From Moniliella sp. 'wahieum' (Eukaryota): 40,814 bases of DNA. The translations under genes and the position numbers were made by a program. Shown here one piece after another: positions 1 through 10,253 of this stretch. A model generated the notes under the pieces. That model saw nothing but the letters and a program-made list of their open reading frames with translations. It ran no database searches and had not been told where the DNA came from. Position 1 is the first letter of the stretch; each line of letters starts with the position of its first letter. Where the stretch lies: NCBI GenBank assembly GCA_003971905.1, contig RSEE01000029.1, forward strand, positions 682,001 to 722,814, written 5' to 3'.

Positions 1-133
1 GAAGCTCACCCCCACCATCCCATTTTCTCACTTTCCTTTAGCAGCTTGAGCCCACACTTGACTTGTGGACAGACGTGTGGGCCACTCGCCTGCTGCCGCG
101 CCACCCTCCCACACGCTACCCCTTCCGTATCTG

Positions 134-2246
134 ATGCGCGTACCCAAGCCGTCTATAATGCCTGCCGTCCCCGCCGCCCCGGCTGCCCTCACGGTGGACG
201 ATGGCGCCCTGGCTCTTCCGCCGGCCCACGTGCACTTGTGCCGTCCATGTCGCGGCCAACAACACACACCCACTCGAGCTTGCCTTTGCAGGCTCTATGC
301 GGACCAAAGTCCTCTCCCTGGCAGATGCCGCGGCCCAGATCCAGAGCCCGGCGCACGCCAAGGCCTTGATTCACTTCTTGACCGAGGAACGTGGGTACAC
401 CCTCGCGGAGGTCCTTGCCGAGGTGCCGAATGGCTGTGTGCCCGTCACCCCCCGATCTACCCGGATTCCACGCGCTCGCCACGGACCCGCCTACCGTACC
501 TTGACCATGATGGCGCCCGCCCCAGCGGACAAACCGTGGAAGCTCATTGACCGTATCATCTCCTCCCAGGTGTTCCCTCCTGGCCTGCCTGCCCTGCCTT
601 GGGCTCCAGCAAGTGGTACATGCTCATGAAGAAGGGGTTACTGCAGTGTGTGGTCTGTGGCACATTCTCGAGAACGGTCCTGCGACAGCCGACGAGGTGG
701 CACTCGATTATGAATTGCCCGCCTGCCTCGCCGTGGGCATGGATGACGAGACCAGGTACATGGTACAGGACCGATCGGGACACGTGTGCGTGTTCCTACG
801 CAACCTGCACCGCCAGTACGGCGACGGGCACGACTTAGCCATGCGGGAAGTGTACCTGCGGCAGTTACTAGTTACTAGTTACTGCAGCTCCAGCCCAAGC
901 GCGGAGAGATGTTGCAGGAAATTTGTCGCGCATTGAGGTGTGAGCCCGCGATGCGTCTTGCTCGTCGAGAGCGATTCGGTGGCTTGTATGACCCTCCGCT
1001 CCGCTCGCTCTCTCGTCCACCCCCTCGGCATGATCAACCTCGCCTCGCGCACCGCACACACACACGCATCCAAGCTGTGCACCTCAGTGGCCTCGCGCTC
1101 GAGCTCCAGCCAACTACCGTTCCAGCCAGGCGGGATCGCGCCTGCCGCCGTGTGGCCAGCGGTCCGGCCAGGCCCGCGCAAGCGACCACCGTCCAACGGG
1201 GGACCGCCTGTCCATCCACCGCTCCCGCTACGCCTCCCACAGCCCTGCGGCACGCGCGTCCTCCACCCTTTCTCCCTCCTGCACCTCCACAGTCCCTGTC
1301 CCGCGCCACGGCGGGGGGACCGAGGTACGCGCTGACCGTGACAGATGCCTGTACGCAGTACGCCTGGACGCAGCCGTTGGTGCGGCAGCAAGATGCGACG
1401 GCGGCGGTGCAGGCGCTGATCTGGCGGGACCTTGCTCGTCCTGACCGGCGCCTTGAGACCGTGCGGTGCGACCATGTCCCCCCGCTCTCTACGGCTTTGG
1501 AGACGTTTTGTGCTGAGCTGGGCGTGGTGCGGCAGCGTGCGGATGCGCATGCGCATCCGGACCAAAAGGCGTCCGGGGGGAATGACACGGCCGGCGCACA
1601 CCGTCCATCATCCAATCTACCTTGCACTCTTGCACCGTGCCTGGAGCATGGTACGGTCCAACGGCTTGGTCTGGGACCAGTGGTCCACCACAACTCTCCT
1701 GGCCGCCACGTAAGCTGCCAACCAGGCCCGGCCCCGGTCCGCCCCACGGCCCCAACCCGGGCACCGGGAACGGCACCAGGAGACTGTGGGACAGACAGTC
1801 GGTTTGTGGCGTACCATGGGTTCCACCCCTTGGCTCGGCATGCCAGCGGCCCAGTTTGGCACGCCTCGCGTACCTGCCCGTGCGCCCGCGCATCAGCCCC
1901 ACGAGAAGACCGACACGCGTCCCCCTCCGCGTGCCAAGTCGAAATCGAATCCCGATCCGAATCTGAGCTCCAAGCCGAACGGCGGGCGCGTGCCATAATG
2001 CTGGTTGGGTACGGCCCCGGTCGGGGCGGGTTCCAGCGCTGGATATTTGTCGTCCCCCTACTGACGCAGGGCCAGGGGCAGGACCAAGTTGGGTCCCGGT
2101 GGCACCAGCCGTCGCACGCCAGCTTGACCCGCCTCCGGTACACTGACAAGTGCCCTGCTCACTTTCGGCCCCGCCCCGCCTCGCCTGGTGGTAACTGCGG
2201 CATGGGAGCTGATGCGCGGGAGACGAAGAGTTTGTCTGTGGTGTGA
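134..2246 (+). pseudogene. Ty1/copia integrase-derived gene or pseudogene with an unrecognised ~250-aa N-terminal domain
   Basis: Stitched across frames: RLAH...C-R-x-C (GAG-pre-integrase/HHCC-like, ~1040-1160; the CxxC needs one added base); PFSLLHLH (cf. copia PLELxHxD); GGPRYALTVTDACTQYAWTQPL; VRCD; FCAELGV; ALLHRAWSMVRSNGLVWDQWSTTTLLAAT (cf. TLLERARSMLxxxGLxxxFWxEAxxxAxY); RARAIMLVGY (copia SH3-like region). No YVDD RT, RNase H, protease or LTR seen. In-frame TAA at 1711-1713 and frame-breaking repeat at 863-883. Confidence 0.72.
863..883 (+). repeat. (AGTTACT)x3 perfect tandem heptamer inside coding sequence
   Basis: agttact agttact agttact read directly; AT-rich island in a GC-rich ORF. 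Confidence 0.97.
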
Positions 2247-3968
2247 TATGTGACGGGTTGCTTGTTGCTTGTGGCTTGTTATGGCTACACACGCACACTC
2301 TGTCCCCTGGCTGTGATCTTATATGAAAAAACTTATATGACCCTGTTTTTCCTCTTTCTTCAAACTTGAAGCTTGAACAGCTTGTCACCGCGAGTTGTGG
2401 TAGACGTCGCATGGTTGCTTGCCTCTCCTTCTCTCGGGTTAGTACATAACGCACAACACCATTCCATGCATTGAGCCAACGAATACGGATCATCGATTAT
2501 CATCCCCATTCAAAGCAATATTGAAGGCGCCCTCCAGCTTCAAGCATCACTAGCATTAGCCACCGCTCCTTGTCCCACTTCGGTCGCACTGCAAGGGAGA
2601 AAAAGAAGGCAGCAAGCCAGCGGCACAGGGATCCCACCCCACAAAAGAAAAGGCGCGCGGCGAAATGAACGATAATCGAGATGATCCATCATTTTGTCCC
2701 GAGGCGTGCCTGTGGGCCCACCCCGCGATGGAAGTTTGAAGCCGTTGGCCATCTCCGCAACACATTATGGCACCGCGTTCCATCAGTACTATCCGTTGAA
2801 CGTTGACCTTAGTTGGCCCAGTACTGCTGCCTGCTGGGGATACCCTTCTTCGACATCGACGAACGAAACAGCACTCTGATCCTCTTCCTCCCTTCCTCCC
2901 TGAGATGCAGTCTAGAACAATTGTTAATTGTTAGACACTACATGGTTTCAGGAGCTCAAACAAGAACCTTGGTATCTCTGACAGTTGGTTCTTCTCTCGT
3001 TATGCATAGACAAGGACGGTAGATAGATTATTGATTTTGACTGTTTGTATTTCTCTGTGTTGTGCTCTTTCAGTATACTTGTTTCTTTCCTCACTTCCCT
3101 CCGCCTCTCTGACGCTTTTTGTTACGCGGCGCTCCATTTATCTCCGGACCGTATGTCGTAAACATTATCTCATCCGAACACGCTTCAGCCTCGTTAGATT
3201 AGCGAGAGCGAGCCAGAAGGAACCTTATCCATGCTGCGGATACTTTCAGTATAGCGCCTGCTCTTCTTTAGGACTCCATCTGATCCCGCTTACTACAGCG
3301 CGTCGAGTATGGTGACGCTGCAGGGAACAGCGTTACCGGTAAGGTTACCCGGACTCCTGGACGCCTTCAACTGGTCCGACAGCCTACGCACGCGTCTCCT
3401 GCTTCAGAGGGTCTGTCTGAGTTGCGGCCTTTGCACCCAGGCACCTCCCAAACTAGAGGGTCTCCCTCGCCTCTACACCCGCTGGGTTCAACCAGGATCT
3501 GAGGCAGGACCTGACGTACGAGACTCCGATTGGACTGTACAACGGTTTATACCCCCAAACTACAGAGGTGGGCCCCACCTCGCCCCCCCCATGATGCTTT
3601 TGTCCCTTTGCATTTGGCCAATTTCCAAGCATACACACATATGTGGGGTTTTGGGGCCAGAAGCGTACAAGAATCTATGCAGTCAGACTCTTCTCTCGTG
3701 TCGCAGTGCACACAACTCTTCTTGCTGATCCCTTACCTGGCAGGAAGCGGGGTGCCATCTTGGTGGTGGCGCCGTGGCAAGCGGGCATTGCGGATGAGAG
3801 GGTGTAAAAGGGTACGAAGACCGTTTTTCCAGCGCCTTGTGATGAGGATGCTGCGCTGAAATCGGTGCAATTGCGATGTGGCTCTCACGCTCCAGGCGGG
3901 ACGCAACCACACCCAGCCAGACCCAGCGCACCCAACCCACCGCTCGTCCTCTCTCCGCCCGCCCCGCC

Positions 3969-6469
3969 ATGTCTGCGCCCCCCATCCCGCCCCGCCCCAC
4001 CCGCACCCGCAGCAGCAGCACCACACCACCACCACCACCACCGCCGCCGCCTCCTCCGCCCTCCACAAACCACCACCCCACCCCCGCCCGTCGGGGCACT
4101 GCCTTGCCGTACCAGCCGCGCCAGCGCCCCCCGCGTCCTCCGCCTCCTCCGCGCCCCCCCGCCCCGTCCGCCGACCCACATCCCCCCGCCCAGTCCCCCT
4201 CCGTCCCGCACCTGCCCACACGCCCTTCCTCCGCCTCTCGCCCGCCCCTCTCCCTCCCGGCCACCCCAGCCGGCCGCGAGGAGGCGGTGCCGCTACGCGA
4301 GCGGACAGGCCGCCTGCTCGCACGCGGCGAGAACTACCTCGCCACCCGCGACTGGCGTGGCCTCGGCTCCAGTGCCAAGTCGCGTCTCGGAGGCCTCCTC
4401 CATGGCGACGGCGCGCGCGATGCCAGCCCCCCCGGGGGGATGCGGCCATGGCGGACGAGGTGACGCCCATTTTACTCCCTGGCTTTGCGCTGGCCCACCC
4501 AGACGCCGCGGCTACCGACACTGCGCTCAGCGTCTATTGCCATGGCATCGTCTTTCGCCTGCCCCAGACACCCGGTACCAGGCAGAAGCTCTTCAACACT
4601 ATGGCTCGCCAGGTATGCCATGCCCCCCCCCCCCCCCTAGAACCCGTTCGCCTCGCTTCTTCGCTTGGTGCCTCGCTGACCCCGCCGCCTCCCTTCGCAG
4701 CTCGCCGGTATTCCCAAGGCCCCACAGCCTACTCGTTCCGTTACCCTTTCTACCCCTGCCTCTCCACAATCGAGCCGGAGTAGCCTGGCGCAATCCCGTG
4801 ACCTCTTCGATGCGCCATTAGCTGACGAACCCGAGTCGGAGCTCGAAGCCGACTGGGACGAGGGCGTGCCAGACGCTGCGTCCGCCCATCCCGGCCTGCC
4901 CACTTCCAACGGTGTATCTGCTGCCCCGTCTTCACCCGGGCCGCGAGGGACGCCATCCAAGCGCCTCTCCACACTCCAACGACTCTCCACCTTACCCGCC
5001 AAAGCGGAAGCAGCGTGGCTCGGCGGCGGCGCCGGTACCCACACTGGTCTTGTCCCGGGCCCGCTACCGGCCCCCATTCTCCTGGCTCGGGCTCCATCTG
5101 GGCCGGCCGTTCGGCCGAAGAGTTGGAGGTGCTGCGGTTTAACCTCGAATCCCGCTTGCACGAGTTTGGTCGTACAGGGTGGAATGGTGTCCTATGACCA
5201 TCGAGGTGCAACCTCTCCTGCGCCGGCCCCCCTCCCCCGGGCGCCCCCATCCTCCCGCCACCTCGCCCGCACGGGTCCCCCTTGTTGGCCGTAACTTCGA
5301 CCCGGGCCGGCAAGGGAGGCGTGTTTGATGTGACGCTTTCGGTTTCGCGGACCAAACGGGACGAGTTTATGAACAAGGTTTACCCGGGCCACAGCTGGGA
5401 CGAGGAGGAGGCACTCCGGGTGCGTGCGGTACTTGGATCGGTCGAAGGGGCTGGGGTGACCCAGCCCTCGTTTGCTGGCAAGGCGACAGGCTGGATGCGG
5501 GTAGACATCACGCATGACGGGCCGGGCCAGGTACGGGTCGTGTCGGACATTGACGATACGCTCAAGGTGACCGAAGTGACTGCGGGGATGCGAACCGTGT
5601 TCCAAAATGTGTTTGTGCGCAACTACACTGAGGTACTGGTGCCTGGGATGTGCGAGTGGCTCACCGCCATGGCCAAGGAAAACGTTGGCATCCATTACCT
5701 GTCCAATGCACCCAATGAGCTCCATTCCGTCGTCCAAGACTTTTTGACCGCCAACCAATTCCCATCCGGCCATGTCCACTTGAAAGACTACCCCAGCGGG
5801 CCGTTTGACCTGCTCAATTCCTGGCTCGAGCCCGCCGGCGAACGCAAACGACCTGCCTTGAACCGCATCCTCTCTGCCTTCCCCAACAGCCGCTTTGTCT
5901 TGCTCGGCGACTCGGGCGAACTGGACCTCGACATTTACACTTCTCTCGCCATGGAACACCCCCATCGCATTTGCGCCATCTATATCCGTGACGTGCATTC
6001 TCCACGGGCGCTGGACAACCCCGACTCGATCCGTGTGGCACGCTTGTTGGCGCAGCGCAATCGCCGGATCGGCTTTGCTACCTCGTACGATGCCCAAGCC
6101 CTGGCGCAGGACCTGCCCTTTGACCCGGACCGCCGCCAAGGCCAGGGCCAAGGCCGAGCCCAAGCACAGCCGCACCCCGACGATAGCGATGAAGGCTGGC
6201 CGCCGTTGGTGGAAGGCTACCCGTTTCCTGGGAGCAAGTTTAGCAACTTACTCTTCACCCTGCCTCCGCCATATGGAAGCGCGCCTCCGCTTCTGCCTGA
6301 AGGCGATGTGCCCGGGGACGATAGCGTGCCCAACACCCCCCGTAAACGCTCCCCCCACGAACTATTTACATCCGTGTCCGCCGCGCCGTCGAACTTCTCC
6401 CTCCCACCACCCTCCTCACCGTCTTTGGCCGCCAAGACCCCACCCCCGTCGCCGAGGCGCTCAGCGTGA
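3969..6469 (+). CDS. APP1: App1-family phosphatidate phosphatase (actin patch protein 1-like)
   Basis: Pro-rich N-terminus from ATG 3969. Intron 4613-4700 (GTATGC...CTGAC...CAG). Catalytic VVSDIDDTLKVT (DxDxT), HYLSNAP, FVLLGDSGELDLDIY and IYIRDV in ORF 5282-6469. Several frameshifts upstream; 3' end approximate. Confidence 0.9.
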
Positions 6470-6801
6470 TCCACCGCGGCCGGCAGCATCGCTCTTGACC
6501 CGGCAAGAAGAATAGCACTTGAGCAGAGGATTGGTCCAAATCAAGTGGTGCGTGCGACGGGGTGTGTGGGGCGAGACAAGGGAGAAGGAAGAAGGAGAGG
6601 GGAGAGGGATGAAGTCTATCTGATCTGTATGATCACAGTTGTATGTATGTGAAGTCCGCTTGGTACGGCACGTGTCTAGGGTATGCAATGCAGACGGGCT
6701 CCGAGGGCAAGGAGAACAACAATCCTACTAGGCGGGCTGGATTCAAGCAAGGGGCGGAGCACGGCAGGGGAGAGGTTAGAGCATCCTTGCCGAGACAGTA
6801 T

Positions 6802-9800
6802 CTAGATCCCCCACTTGGCCACTGCGCTCTGGACGATGACTGCGTTCCAATCGGGTTCGCTGCGTGGGTCGTCGACGGATCGGCGAAGCAGGCCCTCCTG
6901 GGCAGTGCGTTTGCGAGTAAGGATGTGCCGTAGCTGGGCGCGGAACTGGCGGAGACATGCGTCGGGGTGGGCCAGGCCGCCTTCGGGCGCGGCCGGTGGC
7001 CCAGCAGCCACAAGCGCATCCAGGCCGGCCGAGATGAGTTCGACGAGGCTGTTGAGGAAGCGCGCTTGGATCTGTTCGACGCCATGCTCAAAGTAGTACA
7101 GGTACTGGTCCAGCGCCGAGCAAAAGATCTCGACCGTCGAGCGCTCGTCAATGCAGCTGTTGGCGATCCGCAGTGCCTTTTGCAGACACTCCAACACCCG
7201 CTTCCCATCCCGCAACAAGGGCTGCGGGCCATGCGGCCGCCGGTCCCACGTCCCATTCGACCCGGCCTCCAGCGTGTGCAGCGCCGCCTCGGCCACCGCC
7301 GCTCCCATCCGCTCTCCCGACGGCGCCAGCGTCTTTCCCACCTCGGCGCCGCCATACGCTTCGGTCTGCCACCACAGGTGCGAGGCCATGAGCACGGCCG
7401 TGGCCTGGTGCGGCTTTTTGAGTAACTTGGCCCCATGCAGCGTCGCCTTGGTGATCAGCCGATCGTAGTTCTCCTCCCCGAACCCACGCGCCGTGTGGAG
7501 GGTGGAGATGACGAGGCCAATCGCCTGCAACTGCGCACGCGACTCACTGATCGATTCCTCGTACACAGTGAACGCCTGCACATAAAACTCATACGCTTGC
7601 TCCTCAAACCCACACGCATCCGCACTCTGCGCCACTAGCAGGTACAACCGCAAGCACAGATCCGACACGAGTTGGACTCGATCCGGTGTAGAGGAGACCA
7701 ATGATTTGGTGCACAAACTTGTACAGCGCCTCCATCTTGCGTGCCCACGCACTCCATCCACTGCCACTGCCACTGCCACTGTCACTGCCCTGCGTGCCGG
7801 CCGTCTCGGTCGCCGCCACGTTCTCCCGCAACTTGAACCGGCGCGCCAGTTGGACCGTGGCAAAGACAAGCGTGGGCAGCGTAAAGCGGATCCGGTCGCC
7901 GCCCTGGATAAAGTGCGTGCGTGCCGTTTGGAGCAAGACGAATTGTGTCTCCACATCTTCCGCCCGGAACAGGTGGACCAAGCGCGCCAGCCAGCCTTGC
8001 TCTTCCTTCACCTCTTCCGCCTCGGCGGCCGTGACGGGCGCAGACAGGCGCGTCGTCCCCGTCGCCACAGCTTGGCTCTCCCGCGGCGGCACCACCAACG
8101 TCCCACACAGCGACAAGATCCCTTCCACATCTTCCGCCGTCGCTAGCACCGTCTCGTTCTTGAGGGTGGAGCGGACAATGGCTTGGGCAATGTGTTTGTG
8201 CGTCGCGAACGGCTGGAGAGCCAGAGCGTAGGGTAGTGCGGCAGCGCAAGCAAGGTGAGGGTGGAGGTGTAGGCTTCGATCGGCAAGGCCAGTACTTGGT
8301 CAAGTTCTTTGTGTCTCATCGGCCAAAAGGAGCGGGTCGTTGGCTTGCGCATGCGCTTCCACATGGGCCGCAGCAAAGCCCAGCACTTGGTCCACATACT
8401 CCAATCGGTCCGGATAACACGACAAGCTCAGCTGCAACAGCGATACCAGCAGCGCCGTCACATCGGGCAAGGATAGGTCCGGCCGGGCCTGGATCAGGTT
8501 CACCACCTGGGCCCAAAATACCTCGAACAACGGCACGTTCACCGGTACCCCGCGGAATTTTTCCACATTCTCGTCCAGCTCATCCAGCTCCTCAATCGCA
8601 GGCGCCGGTGCTGGCGTTGGTGGTACAGGTGCCACCGCCCCCGATGGCAGCCCGGACCGCATCTCCTGTCCTCCTGCCGAGACGGTCGATCCCGATCGCG
8701 GACGGGCGTCTGTCCGTTCGCGTTCCCATCCCCTTCCCAGCCACTTGCGTTGTCGGGATGAGAGGGCGGCTGGGCCGAGGATGGGCTTGCGGCGGCAACG
8801 GCGGCGGCACCAGATTGTTCAAATAGGCTCTCCGCGTCCCCTCCCTCTTGCTTGGCATGAGCAGCGAAGCGGGGTTGGGTCGAGCTCGAGCCATCGGGCA
8901 CAGCAGCGCCCTTGGTGGCGAAAGCGGCCCCCGGAGATCCTGGCATAGCTCCAGCTTGGCGGGCCGCAAGGCGCAATTGACGTGTCTTTTCGGCCAAGCG
9001 CTGGGTTGCCAGCTGTTCTTGCCTTCGGATCTCGTCTGCATTGTCGTTCTCCGCTTCACGCTGGGCGTAGGCGGCAATGCGGTTGATCAGTGCAATCACA
9101 ATTCCTTGATGTTGACCTTGGGATGGAGCTTGGAACAGGCCTGGAGGAAAGGACTGAGGGTGCGGATGTGAAAGTCGTCGGGGAAGACTTGGATCACCAC
9201 CTCCATCAGGTACTCTTGCGCAATCACATCTTTGCAGTTGACCACCTGCTCCAGAATGGCAGGCAGGATGACTTGGCGGTACAGCGGGAGCCCCACGCCT
9301 TCCAGCTCGGACAGACGCACAAGGTTGGTCCCGATGAGGATGCGCAGTTCGCGGCGCTCCGACTCGCGGCGCTCCCGTTCGCGCGACGGGCCCTGGTGCT
9401 GCAACCGCACCCAGAGCTTGTTCATCTCAATAAAGTTGGTCAGCACAAACCCGATCGAGTCCTGCAGGCTGCCCTCGGGCCGAGGCTCGTGCCGGTGGGC
9501 AAGTGGTCCCGCGTCACGCCGGACAGGTAGTTGCGCAAGAACAGGCCCCGGGTCGGGTGCTGCACGCCCCGACTCATCTCCATCATGTCGCGCATGATCT
9601 CCTGCACGGGCGCATCGGGAATCGACATGTACACGCCGCCCACTGTGATCATCAGGTAGAGGCGCGGGACGATGCTGCCGCAGTACTGCACCAGCTCGTA
9701 CAGCTCGGCCAGGTGGTGGCGGCCATCGAGGTGGGCGTCGCGGAGGTAGGCGGCGAGGTGGCGCAGCGCATCAAACACAGGCACATCTGCAGGCACGAGC

Positions 9801-10049
9801 ACGAGCACGCGCACAGGCACACAGGTCAGCGACACGGCAGCAGCGCAGCAGCCAGCTGTGGACGGCAGGGGACATACACAGGTCGTAGTACGCCTTGGGC
9901 GACAGGGCCGAGGTGCGCAGCTCGGCCAGCATGGTCGCGGCCTTGAGTGCGTCCATGAGCTGGTCGGCGTCGAGGCAGTGCACCATCTGGGCCAGCTGGA
10001 TGCGGATGGAGTGGGTGGCCTCGGCGATGACCTTGGCGGCATCGTCCAT
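6802..10049 (-). CDS. VPS35: Retromer subunit Vps35
   Basis: [47 protein letters not shown] (PRLYL motif); [54 protein letters not shown]. Intron 9787-9877 (GTATGT...CTGAC...CAG). Multiple frameshifts. Confidence 0.96.
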
Positions 10050-10253
10050 GGCGGCGGAGGCGGATGGGGAGGGGGAGGCGAGGCGGGGCGGCGATGAGAT
10101 GGGTTGCGTCGGGCGGGTTATCTTGATGCTACGCGCTTCATCCGCCCTGCAACACATGGGGCGCACTGCTAGGGTTGCCCCTCCCTCCGACCAGTGCGCC
10201 GTCGGCCTCATGACGTCGGCGCCCCATCCCACCTCGTCCCCACCGCCACCGCC

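Noticed and set aside
3839..3862. C/D box snoRNA (TGATGA...CTGA)
   Set aside because: Boxes are only ~11 nt apart, with no room for guide sequences or a terminal stem.
3730..3880. U1 snRNA (CTTACCTGGCAGG matches the U1 5' end)
   Set aside because: No GATC-type loop I, no full CATTGCAC loop II and no Sm site at the expected distance. Better explained as the reverse complement of a CAG|GTAAG splice donor.
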